Virus record (IMG/VR): IMGVR_UViG_3300050120_000230 | Coordinates: 1-64,000 of that record | Reading direction: 5' to 3' (one strand) | DNA: 64,000 nt | Program-made: the position numbers and the translations under genes | Part shown: one piece after another, positions 18,063 to 27,700 of the stretch | Position numbering within the stretch: the stretch's first letter is position 1 | How the letters are laid out: the number at the start of each line of letters is the position of its first letter | Notes under the pieces: model-generated | Told to the model about the DNA's origin: nothing | What the model saw: only the letters and a program-made list of their open reading frames with translations | Databases searched by the model: none

Positions 18063-18247
18063 TGGTAGTCTTCCGGGTAGAGATGCATCACCGCGCCGTT
18101 GTAGCGCGACAGCCACGTCATGAGCGCCTTATCCATGGCTACGGCACGAACAGAGTTGCCATGATGCAAGGCAACTCGCTTGGCGCGGCCGTAACGGCGC
18201 CATTTGCGTTCGCACTTTCGCATAAACTTGTAGAGCTTGTGATCCAT
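18059..18247 (-). CDS. Hypothetical protein
   Basis: Short ORF in a minus-strand cluster. Confidence 0.5.
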   Translation of the reverse strand: MDHKLYKFMRKCERKWRRYGRAKRVALHHGNSVRAVAMDKALMTWLSRYNGAVMHLYPEDYQ

Positions 18248-18265
18248 TGGACCACCGTATCGTAA

Positions 18266-18529
18266 TCAGATGCCGAAGAACATTTTGAAAAGCGTCGCTG
18301 CTTCCTGATCCTTGAAGAACGCGCACTTCATGCTCGGGTGCGGGGCCTCGTTCGGAGCACAGATCGTATACCATCCATCGCCTCGCCCGTTTTCACAGAC
18401 GCCGACGTTCTCTCGCAACCATTTGAAGCCTTCTCTACTCAGCCAATGGCCTTCGAGATGATCCGGTGATATTGCAACCCGGTAGGGATGATACCCGGAA
18501 CTGTCTTTCTTTGTCGAAGTAGGATGCAT
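18266..18529 (-). CDS. Hypothetical protein (WL...F.D..A..FK family)
   Basis: KWLRENVG...AFFKDQEAATLFKMFF. Confidence 0.6.
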   Translation of the reverse strand: MHPTSTKKDSSGYHPYRVAISPDHLEGHWLSREGFKWLRENVGVCENGRGDGWYTICAPNEAPHPSMKCAFFKDQEAATLFKMFFGI

Positions 18530-18566
18530 CCCACATTATGCCCTCTAATGCTGCATGGGTCCAACA

Positions 18567-18950
18567 ATGACGTTCTATCACGCCACCTATCGACATCGTC
18601 TGGATTCCATCCGCCGACATGGGCTGACGCCCACGGTGGCTGATCCCAATTTCCCCGGCGCGGAGCCCGGCGTCTATTTGGCGTCCGATCCGATGATTCC
18701 GGTGGCGTTTTTGCTCGAACACAGCATCGAAAACGCAAATGAGAAGGATAATCCGAGCCAAATCGTCGAAAACTTCGTGGTTATCGTCATCGACGACTCG
18801 CGGCTGGACAAACGGAAGCTAGGTCCCGACCCACAACTGTCAGAGCAAGAAGGCTTGTGGTGCTATCGCGGTGTGATCGATGTGACGAACATGCCAATAT
18901 TGGATATCGCGACCTTGCAACTATCCCACTTGCCTGCCGACCACAGTTGA
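18567..18950 (+). CDS. ART-fold protein (Tpt1/KptA- or DUF952-like)
   Basis: FYHAT...LDSIRRHGL.P...GVYLA motif. Confidence 0.6.
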   Translation: MTFYHATYRHRLDSIRRHGLTPTVADPNFPGAEPGVYLASDPMIPVAFLLEHSIENANEKDNPSQIVENFVVIVIDDSRLDKRKLGPDPQLSEQEGLWCYRGVIDVTNMPILDIATLQLSHLPADHS

Positions 18951-18980
18951 GCTACGGATTGGGTGAGCAGGAGAACCCTC

Positions 18981-19382
18981 ATGAAGACTTTCTACACCTC
19001 GAACTATGAACGCAGCAGCACGAGCCCCCTCGCCGTGTCCATCAGCAACCCCGCCGATGTGCCCGCGACCTACGAAGGCGCCCGCGATGCCGACCTGTCG
19101 CCGACCGACGACCTTCTGGAACGCTACCACGCCCGCGACGTGAGCCATGAAGGCTACGCCGCCGCCTACATCGCGCTGCTCGGCGAGCGCGGCATCACGC
19201 CGCAAAGCATCGCCGACAAGTTCGAGGAAGGCACGATCTTCGTGTGCTACGACTACGAGGACGGCGCCAGCGGTTCGGAAGATGCCGACACCGGCACGGC
19301 CGACGACCTGAGCATCTGCCACCGGGTGTTCCTGTCCAAGTGGCTGAACGATTCCGGCGTGGTCACGATCTCCGAAATCTAA
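18981..19382 (+). CDS. DUF488-like protein
   Basis: LSPTDDLL..Y, FVCY and CHRVFLSKWL motifs; AGGAG SD. Confidence 0.65.
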   Translation: MKTFYTSNYERSSTSPLAVSISNPADVPATYEGARDADLSPTDDLLERYHARDVSHEGYAAAYIALLGERGITPQSIADKFEEGTIFVCYDYEDGASGSEDADTGTADDLSICHRVFLSKWLNDSGVVTISEI

Positions 19383-19486
19383 CGCTCCGAGAGGGCTCTG
19401 TGAGGCTGTCAGGACGTTTGTTCTGAGAATAGCACCACGGAGCCCCCGGTAGTGCTAAGAGCCGCCCACGGCCCGGAAAATGGCCT

Positions 19487-20131
19487 CTACGCGGCCATTG
19501 ACGCGCGCTTGGCGCCTGTCATCAGATCGGCGATCTGTTTCGTGAGAACCGGATCGAGCACGACTATGCTGCCGTCTGCCTTTTGCATGAAGTTCGACAG
19601 GCCGAGATCGAAGTGGAAATCTTCGGGATCGGGGTCCTTCTTCTTCACGAACTGCATCAAGTCGTAGAGGATGTGGCCCTCGAAGTCGCCGAACGAGCGC
19701 ACGAACGCTTGCAGCGACATTTTCTCCATGAAGAAACCGCGTTTCTCGGAGTGGGTCAGGAACTTGTGGTAAATTTGGTTGAAGGTCGTGATGATCTTCT
19801 TGACCATGCGCTCGTTGTCTTGATCGAGCCGTTCGTATTTCGGCATCTCGAAGATGTAGATCGGGAGCGCCTTGAACTTTGCGATCTTGTGCGAGCCTGA
19901 CTGGTATTCTCCCAGACGCTTTGCGATACCGAGGTGATCCAGCCATTCACCCTTCATCTTGTCGCGAGTGAGCAGGATGACGTTGCCGTCACCTTTGTCC
20001 AGCGCCAGACTGCTGACGCCTTGGCCAAGCACCCGCAATCCCTTGAACTGCTCTGGTACTTCGTCCTGCTGAACGCCGACCCATTGATGTTCCGGCGCCT
20101 CGCGGAGAATGGCGAAATCGCTGATCTTCAT
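19487..20131 (-). CDS. Protein kinase-like protein
   Basis: Gly loop VLGQGVSSLA, catalytic HFDLGLSNFM, VVLDP; start MKISDFAILRE lies just after the upstream stop. Confidence 0.65.
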   Translation of the reverse strand: MKISDFAILREAPEHQWVGVQQDEVPEQFKGLRVLGQGVSSLALDKGDGNVILLTRDKMKGEWLDHLGIAKRLGEYQSGSHKIAKFKALPIYIFEMPKYERLDQDNERMVKKIITTFNQIYHKFLTHSEKRGFFMEKMSLQAFVRSFGDFEGHILYDLMQFVKKKDPDPEDFHFDLGLSNFMQKADGSIVVLDPVLTKQIADLMTGAKRASMAA

Positions 20132-20135
20132 AGAA

Positions 20136-20702
20136 TCAGGGGCGGGGAATACGGGGCGACGCGGGGGCTGCTTGCGGAGTTTGCTGCTGTTGAGCCGCAG
20201 CGCGAGCGGCTGCACGTTCTGCATCGGCCTTGCGCTGCTCGATAGCGTCCCATGCTTCTTCTTCGGCTTCGTCTTCGCTGTGCCATGCACCCGACCACGT
20301 CTCTTCACCGGTCAGACGGAAGTAGTAGCCTTCGCCAGCACGATCTTCTTCACCGTCCGGGTCATCGTAGAAGAACTCGATCTCGAAAGGATCGTCTTCC
20401 ATCTTGGAAGGCCAGCCGGTGTTGGATTCGGTCATGACGGGCTCGATGTCGTCGAGGGTGAGGCGTGCAACATATTGCTCGCGACCATCTTCCTGTTCGT
20501 CATCGAATGCAACGAACACGTCAGGAGCATAGTCACTGCCGTGGTGACTGGGTTCGGAGCCGACCATGACACCTTCGCGGCCGGTCGCAGTTTCGCGAAC
20601 ACGCGCACCGTCTTCAGGGGCATCGTATTCGGTGTGGTGCACTTCGCCGTTGGGGTAACGAAGCTCGTTCGCTTCGTTGATGATGTCGATATACTTACGC
20701 AT
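20136..20702 (-). CDS. Acidic late protein with N-terminal tag
   Basis: AAGGAG SD; starts MRKYIDIINEA. Confidence 0.65.
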   Translation of the reverse strand: MRKYIDIINEANELRYPNGEVHHTEYDAPEDGARVRETATGREGVMVGSEPSHHGSDYAPDVFVAFDDEQEDGREQYVARLTLDDIEPVMTESNTGWPSKMEDDPFEIEFFYDDPDGEEDRAGEGYYFRLTGEETWSGAWHSEDEAEEEAWDAIEQRKADAERAAARAAAQQQQTPQAAPASPRIPRP

Positions 20703-20711
20703 GGTGTCTCC

Positions 20712-21968
20712 TTAGAGCTTCATGATGTAGGCGAGGGCGTAGAACGCGGGCCGATTGTCGAACGACAATGCGTGGCTGTGCGTCGTCGCGTTCGCGGCGG
20801 TCACGACGTGAGTGTGAACCCCGTCAGCAGAAATTGGGTGGGTGTGGGCAACACTGTTGCCGATAGGATCGGTCGCCGTCAGCGCGACGCCTGTGACGCC
20901 AGCGGTGCTTCCAGAAGCATAGCCAAAACCGGTGCCGATGCGCGGCACGCCGCCAGAGGATGCGGCCAGACCGTGGGTGTGGGGCGGAAGTTCAGCGACC
21001 GACAACGAATGGCCGCCGGTGCCGCCGTGATTGTGCCCACCAGCCGTGGCGGCGGTGATGACGTGAGTGTGGCCGCCGTCTTGAGCAGTTGAAATGTTGA
21101 GCGTGTTGTTGCCGCCGCTGAGACCATCGGTCATGTCGCCGAAGCCAGACGATGCGACGACGAAACGTCCGCGCAGATTGGGGGTGCTGTTGGTGCCGTC
21201 GCAGATCGCCCAGCCGCCGGGGACAGCCGTCGAGTTACCGCTCCACATCACGATGACGCCGCGCGGGATCAGATCGAATCCACCTTCTTTGAGCTTACCG
21301 GAACCCGTGACGTTCACGTTGGCATTGGCTACCAACAGGGCGCCGGTCATCGTGCCACCAGTGTTCTGCACCGAGTTGGCGAGATTGGCCGGGACATAAC
21401 CCAACGCGGCGATCACCGCAGCTTGGTCAGCCGTCGAAGCCGGGGAAGGATTAGCAGCCGAGGAAATGCGGCCGGAACCATCCACGACGATGATCGGGGC
21501 AAAGTACGTGCCAGCCGCAACGCCGGTGTTGGATAGTGAAACGGGGATCGAGATGTTGGCGGTGCCGTCGAAGGGCGCGGTGCCAGTCGCATCGCCGGAC
21601 ACGGCGATATTCACGGCATTGGCGAGGCCAACCGCAAGTCCAGTGCCGCCGACGTTGTAGAAGCCTTGCGGATTGCTGCCGATAGTCGGCTGGAAGACCT
21701 TCATCGTGTTGGAGGTCTTGTCGTACCAGAGTTGGCCGATCAGCGCGTTCGCCGGAGCCGAATCGTCAGCGAAGTTTTCCAGAAGATGAACGAAGTTTTC
21801 GGAGGTCGCCTCGGAATACGAACGCGCACCACGACGCAGAAGTTGGAGAGAAGTCAGGGACGTATCAACAATCGAGTTGGACACTTGTCCGACATCCAGC
21901 ACCAAAGTGCCATCGCCGCCAAGAACAACGTCGTTTGTCAGCCTGATTTCATAACCGTTCTGGGCCAT
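20712..21968 (-). CDS. Tail fibre with collar and His-rich tip
   Basis: NFVHLLENFA..GQLWYD, collar PRGVIVMWSG..P.GWAICDG..TPNLRGRF, HxH tip motifs, PAFYALAYIMK. Confidence 0.85.
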   Translation of the reverse strand: MAQNGYEIRLTNDVVLGGDGTLVLDVGQVSNSIVDTSLTSLQLLRRGARSYSEATSENFVHLLENFADDSAPANALIGQLWYDKTSNTMKVFQPTIGSNPQGFYNVGGTGLAVGLANAVNIAVSGDATGTAPFDGTANISIPVSLSNTGVAAGTYFAPIIVVDGSGRISSAANPSPASTADQAAVIAALGYVPANLANSVQNTGGTMTGALLVANANVNVTGSGKLKEGGFDLIPRGVIVMWSGNSTAVPGGWAICDGTNSTPNLRGRFVVASSGFGDMTDGLSGGNNTLNISTAQDGGHTHVITAATAGGHNHGGTGGHSLSVAELPPHTHGLAASSGGVPRIGTGFGYASGSTAGVTGVALTATDPIGNSVAHTHPISADGVHTHVVTAANATTHSHALSFDNRPAFYALAYIMKL

Positions 21969-21999
21969 CGGGGGTTACTTTCCAGCGAGTGTCCAGTAT

Positions 22000-23022
22000 T
22001 TATGCGAGGGGTCCGCGCACATCTCCGTAAACTTGCCACGTCACGAAGCTCGCGCCTTCCACGGCAGAGCCCGCAGGACCACCGTTTAGACCCGGTCCAC
22101 CAGCACTTGCGGTGCTCGCCAAGCCCGGTTGGCCTTCATCGCCACCGGCGCCACCAGCGGTGGCTTGAGCCCATTCCTTGGAGCCTTGGTTCGAAAGCGT
22201 CCCCGCCGCACCACCGTGACCGATGCTTCCCGGCTGACCGAGAAACGATCCAGAACGGAAGCTGCCGCCACCCGGACCTTGCGTGATGCCCGCGCCGCCG
22301 CCGCCACCGGTGCCGGGGTCATCGAAGCCTTGCGACGGTCCAGCGCCAGCACCGCCGCCGCCACCACCACCACCGCCGCCGATAATGCCGTTGTTGTAGA
22401 TCGTGGTCGCGACTCGCGCCTTGACAGCCACGCCACCAATGGAACCCGGCGTCGGAGCATCGACGGCCGCGTGTGAGTCGTCGTAGAGCCCGCCGTAGCC
22501 ACCGGCGCCACCTGAACCGATGATACCGGTTCCTGAGTTGACGAAGAGGTTGACCACGGAGCCCAAAGGCAACAGGCCCGTGTCGAACGATGGGAGGGCC
22601 AGATTGTAATCGAGGATGCGGCCTTCGGCTTGGCCACCATGCGAATAGTGCCACTGGGCGTAGGAGATCAAGCCCCTAGCCCAACCTGCTCCGGCCGAGA
22701 CCACGTCCGGGTAACGGTCGAGGTAGGCTTGCCAATTGATGGTAGATGCCGTCGAGGACCCGAGATTGCCGACGACGGTGATGTTGGCCACGACAGGCGT
22801 CAGCCCATCCCATTGGCCGGTAGCCGTTACCGAGTTGAAGACGTTGTAGTTGAAACCCGAAATGTTGTCGGTGAACTGGAAGCTCTTGCTGAAGACAAGA
22901 CGCCAGACGCCTTGGTCCTTGACCCACACTTCTTTCGAATCCACCCAGCTACCGCCGTTGTGGATGAAAATTTGTTTGGCCTTACGCCACTGGCCGGAGA
23001 ATGCATATGTCTCAGCGACCAT
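22000..23022 (-). CDS. Gly-rich adhesin (gp38-like) fibre tip
   Basis: Trp-rich N-terminus (QWRK..WVD..WRLVF) and polyglycine loops. Confidence 0.7.
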   Translation of the reverse strand: MVAETYAFSGQWRKAKQIFIHNGGSWVDSKEVWVKDQGVWRLVFSKSFQFTDNISGFNYNVFNSVTATGQWDGLTPVVANITVVGNLGSSTASTINWQAYLDRYPDVVSAGAGWARGLISYAQWHYSHGGQAEGRILDYNLALPSFDTGLLPLGSVVNLFVNSGTGIIGSGGAGGYGGLYDDSHAAVDAPTPGSIGGVAVKARVATTIYNNGIIGGGGGGGGGGAGAGPSQGFDDPGTGGGGGAGITQGPGGGSFRSGSFLGQPGSIGHGGAAGTLSNQGSKEWAQATAGGAGGDEGQPGLASTASAGGPGLNGGPAGSAVEGASFVTWQVYGDVRGPLA

Positions 23023-23025
23023 GGA

Positions 23026-23919
23026 TCAGTACCTATACCAGACATCCCCGTCTTGGCCGCCGGACGGTGCGAAGGACGAAACAGTCACGTTGCGCGACGC
23101 GGGCAGGACGCCTTGCAAATAGGAGAGATTGACCGGGTCACCACCAGAAATTGGCGACTGAAGACCGGTGATGCGGTTGCCGTTCATGTTGAGCGTGCCG
23201 GACATCGTGTCACCAGCCTTGTGCACGACGGCCGCATCGTTGGCCGGGGTGTAGCCCAGCGCCGAAGTGATCTGCGAAGAATTGATCCCGGTGATGCCGT
23301 TGGCCGTAGGCGTGAAGCCAAGCGCCGCAACAACATCGGCCGAGGTGAGCGTGACGGCGCCCGAGCGAGTGACCGCACCGGTGAAAGAACTGACGTACTG
23401 CGACGGACCAGCGCCATCGCCGCCCGAGTTCGTGAGGCTGGTGATCCGACCTTTGGAGTCCACGACGATTGCGGGAGAGTTGTAGACAACACCCGGAATG
23501 TTCGCGGCGCTGTTGGCCGTCGAGCCGACGCCGGTCATCAGGGTTGCGAGCGTTACAGCGATGCTGACGTTCGTCGAACCATCGAACGAAGTCGTGCCGG
23601 TGGCGTCACCGCTGATTGCAATGTTTACCGCATTGGCGAGCTTCTTCGCGCTCTGACCAATGGCGGTCCACGCGGAGTCACGCGTGTCCCAAACCTTGAT
23701 GACTTTGTTGGCCGTGTCATACCACACTTGGCCAGTGCGTCGCTTCGAAGGTTGGGTATCTGATGCGAAATTTTCGAGAAGGTGCGTGAAGTTGTTGGCG
23801 TAGGGTTCGCCCCAACCCATGAAGTTCTTACCAGCCAGCGCAAGCGCGGTATTGGCGGTGTTGATTGTCTGTGCGTCGATGGTGAAATTGCCATCGAAGG
23901 AGGTAACTGTATAGGGCAT
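23026..23919 (-). CDS. Tail fibre protein
   Basis: NFTHLLENFA..GQVWYD, KAGDTMSG repeat, APSGGQDGDVW end. Confidence 0.8.
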   Translation of the reverse strand: MPYTVTSFDGNFTIDAQTINTANTALALAGKNFMGWGEPYANNFTHLLENFASDTQPSKRRTGQVWYDTANKVIKVWDTRDSAWTAIGQSAKKLANAVNIAISGDATGTTSFDGSTNVSIAVTLATLMTGVGSTANSAANIPGVVYNSPAIVVDSKGRITSLTNSGGDGAGPSQYVSSFTGAVTRSGAVTLTSADVVAALGFTPTANGITGINSSQITSALGYTPANDAAVVHKAGDTMSGTLNMNGNRITGLQSPISGGDPVNLSYLQGVLPASRNVTVSSFAPSGGQDGDVWYRY

Positions 23920-23933
23920 ACTCTAGTCCTCCC

Positions 23934-24557
23934 TTACGACATGAAAATACGGATCGTGTAGACGATCTCGATTGTGCGGTTCAGGGACTTTTGGACCGGG
24001 TGGAAGATGACGTGCGTCAACAGCTTCCCGGTGCCTTCGATGGGCGAGAACGCCTTCAGGCCGATTTCGTCGAACACGAATGTGCCTTCGACATCGGTCG
24101 TGTTGTCGAACGACAACTGGCCGGGCGGCTCGCTCGTTTCGAGTGTGCAAGTCACGACGATGTCGGTGTAGGTGGCGTTCTGTGTGTGCTGGACGCGCAG
24201 ATTGTTGTCCACGACGTTGACGTTCAACGGGGACATGTCGTCCACCACCTTGGCGTAGGTCTGGTTGTAGAGTTGAGCGGACTGGCCGGTAGCGTTCGGC
24301 GGGAAGTAGGTCACAGCACCGGTGCCGGAAACGGTCGATGCACCGTTGCCGAAGACCATCTGGTGAATGTGGCCAGTCGGGCGGTTCGACAGGCTCAGAG
24401 CGAGAGCTTCGGACATGTTCTCGAAGTGAATCGCGTTGTTCTTGTCCACGAGCACTTCGCCGGTGTCGCGGTCGCGAACCAGAACGTGTCCAACAAATTT
24501 GGCTCCAAGCTTATCGTGCATTTTTGTTTCCCAAAGTATCCTGTTGAACAAAATCAT
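23934..24557 (-). CDS. Virion structural protein
   Basis: GHVLVRD...VFDEIGL...LLTHVIFHPVQKSLNR; two TAAATA upstream; start may be 24521. Confidence 0.7.
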   Translation of the reverse strand: MILFNRILWETKMHDKLGAKFVGHVLVRDRDTGEVLVDKNNAIHFENMSEALALSLSNRPTGHIHQMVFGNGASTVSGTGAVTYFPPNATGQSAQLYNQTYAKVVDDMSPLNVNVVDNNLRVQHTQNATYTDIVVTCTLETSEPPGQLSFDNTTDVEGTFVFDEIGLKAFSPIEGTGKLLTHVIFHPVQKSLNRTIEIVYTIRIFMS

Positions 24558-24705
24558 CGCGCTGATTAAGTAGAACCTCCTGTGTATCCTTGTCTCGGAT
24601 CAGCATATGGCCAATCATGTTGACTTGAGACTTGTCATCTACAGGTGGTTTTTCTTCGCGTTCCATAATTCTGCCCGTATTTACTGTCGTATTTATCTGC
24701 TGACA

Positions 24706-27700
24706 TTACGAGTAGAAGGTCTCGCCTCCGAACACGCGATCCGGTCGAATATCCAGTTTGCGGCGGCCGTCGTGCACATCGCTGCCGTTCGGGTGGATGA
24801 GACCCTTGGATGTGGATAGGTAGACAGTGGCGCCAGCGGGCGGCGGGACTGCGAATGTCGCGATCAGATTCCCGTTGACCACAGTCGGCGTATAGTCGTG
24901 CTGGATCGTGCCCAGAGTATTCGTCTGACCGCTGCTGAACTTCGGAACGAGCACGCTGTAGCCGGTGTAGCCGTCGCTGCGAATCGGCTGCCCATCGGCA
25001 TAGGAGAGCGGTTCAAACACACTGACCGACAAGTCGTTGACCACCGTCTCGCCGGGCAGAGCGAATGCAGTCGCAGAACCATCGGCGGTGTAAGAAACGA
25101 GGTGACGTTGTTCCGTGCAAATGCGGGTATTATGCGTTCCGCGACGAAGCTCACTCAACACGACATTGGTGTTGCCGACGATCTCATAGGCGAAGAACTC
25201 GATGCGCTCATCGTTCAACCAGATCACACCGGGCTTGGTGATGATCCTGTGGTGATCGCTGGCGTCAAACTCGCTCAGCGTGACTGCGGAATTGGTGCTC
25301 AGTTCTTCGGCCACTGGCAGGCTGAACGGCATGACACCGAGTGTGCTCGGAACCACGGTGATGGTGTTGCTGGTCGGTGTCAGATCGCCGACCAATGTCG
25401 CATCCGGCACACCCCAAGTGACGAACTCGTAGGCGTCGCTGCGGATGACGAAGATGTCGCGGGTTTCGCTTTCGGGATCGATCCCCGTGTCGCCAACGCG
25501 ACCCACGTCATAGAGCGTGGTGTCGTGCGGCCGGGCGTCGTAGTCGCCGACTTCTTTCGGCGCCATGAGATCGGTCGAGGGCCGATTCATCGAGATGAGC
25601 CACGAGGCACGCGACAACGGTTGGCCACGGAAATTGGTGATGACGACCTTCTCTTGTCCGGTAGGCAGGGTCTTCGGAGCCGGGATGGTCGGATCGTGAT
25701 AGACGCCGTTGACGGTCATCCACACGTAGCTGAGACCGAACGGGCTATCGAAGGTGTAGAGACCATTGACGGTCGCATTCACGATGCTGGTTTCGAGGCC
25801 GAGTTGGTCCTTGTCACTGAACGTGGTTGCAGCGATCCGCGAGTTCGCGTCCACCGTTTTGGTGATGTGCAAGACACCGTTCGAGATGCTGTAGTCAGTG
25901 GTCGGGAGCAGACGCAGGCCATCGACTTCGATGATCGAAGATTCGTCTTCATCGGTGAACGGCTTGGACGGATTTGTGAGCGTCCAAATCTGCGAACCAT
26001 TGTAGGTCAACGTTTCGTTGAACACCTTCGAGCCCATCGGCTGGCCCATGACCGAGGGATTGCCTTGAGCCAGTAGGACGATGCGCGACGGTTGCGACGG
26101 CGTGTTCGCCAACGTCAGCGAATTGGCTGTGAGGGTGTAGTCGCTCGACTGAAGGAACTCACCGTTCAGCGTGATCGAGATGACGTAGGGAGTGACATCC
26201 TTCAGCAACGTGAACGTCGGGGTTCCCGTGGTGTATTCTAGGACTTCCAAATCTTCGACGGAGGTATACGAAGAGATGCCGAAAGCCTTGACGATGACTT
26301 CGTTCACTTGCACGCTATTTGCGACAAGCTGCACGGTCACTTCGTTGGTTTCCAGATTGACGGTGTAGTCAGTGCCTTCTTCAGCGCGGACACCATCGCG
26401 GAACACAGCGACCCCGTCGTTGTATTGCATCAGGATGTCGCCGAAGTAGAGAACGGCTGCCGACGTAGCGGTGTTGGACGTGTCGAACTTACGGAAAGAC
26501 TCCGGCGGGGTGCCGAGGTTGAAGTTCGTCTGCACGACCATCTTCAACGATTCGCCTGTGCCGGTGACGACCAGTTCTTGCGGTCGCCCAGCATCAAGCT
26601 CCGGGTCAGCAAAGCCGAAGTAACGTTCGTTCGGATTGATCGTCTCAACGTCTTCCGCAGCGTTGCTCAGCGGAGCGTTTCCATCGATGTCGTAGTCACG
26701 ATTGGTGTTGTCGCCGAGCGACCCACCATCCATCACGTTGCCCTTGAATTGGAGGCCCATGAGGACTTCCAAGTTCTTCTCGGCCGCCTCCGCATTTTCG
26801 GGATCGTAGAACCGCTGGATGCGATCTCCCGCGAGCCCGGAGGTGAGGTTCTGCTTGACGTTGATAGTGACGATGTCGCCATCGTTCGGCATCACGTCGA
26901 TGGTTACCGAGTCGGTGTCGGAGGTGAACTGCGCGTCGGTCAGCCGTGTAGAATTGACGAACACTTCTACGATTTCTTCACGCATGTCGATGATGCTGGG
27001 ATCGATACCCGCCATCACGAAACCAAGCGGGTTCGGACGGTCGGAGATGAATGTGAATTGTTGGCTTGCCAGCAACGGCATGTGGTCAACACGGTCGAAG
27101 TTCAGACCGATGTTCATGTGGCGAACACCGTTCCAGCCAGACGCGATGTAGAGGTCAGGATCGCTGATCGGATTCTGATAGTTGGCGAACCATTCTTTCC
27201 ACGGCGACTGCGTCGTGATGATGCTCATGTCCAGCGCGCTGGTCAGATCGAGATTGCGGTAGCGGCCGGTGGTCGGGTCCAGATAGACCGGGAAATCGAA
27301 GTCAGTGGACGACGCGTTCGCGATATCGGTTTGCGGTGTGACGAGGCGTGTAAACTCGCGCGTCTTGACGCGATAAGGCTTCACCTCATCCAGATAGTTG
27401 AGCAGGTTTTGCGTGTTGTCGATGGGCTGCACGGGCGTCTGCGTGAGCGCCTCATTGTATCCACCAACGTTCAGGAACGATGTCTTGAACGCCCACGGCA
27501 CTTGGTCCTGTTGGGCGTGCACAAAGTGCATGATGCTGAAGAAGAGTTCGTTGACTTCGAGGGGCTCCAACGCCGGTGCATCTTGCAACAAGTTGAAGAG
27601 AACTTGGAACTCCCAACTGCCGTCACGATTGCCGATCTTGGCGAGATCGTTCGCGCTGATGGGATCGAGGCCGATGGTCGGGCGAGACGGATCATCGTAG

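Noticed and set aside
5633-18563. Exact 12-mer TGCATGGGTCCA at 5633 and 18552
   Set aside because: Only two copies; such matches are expected by chance in 64 kb.
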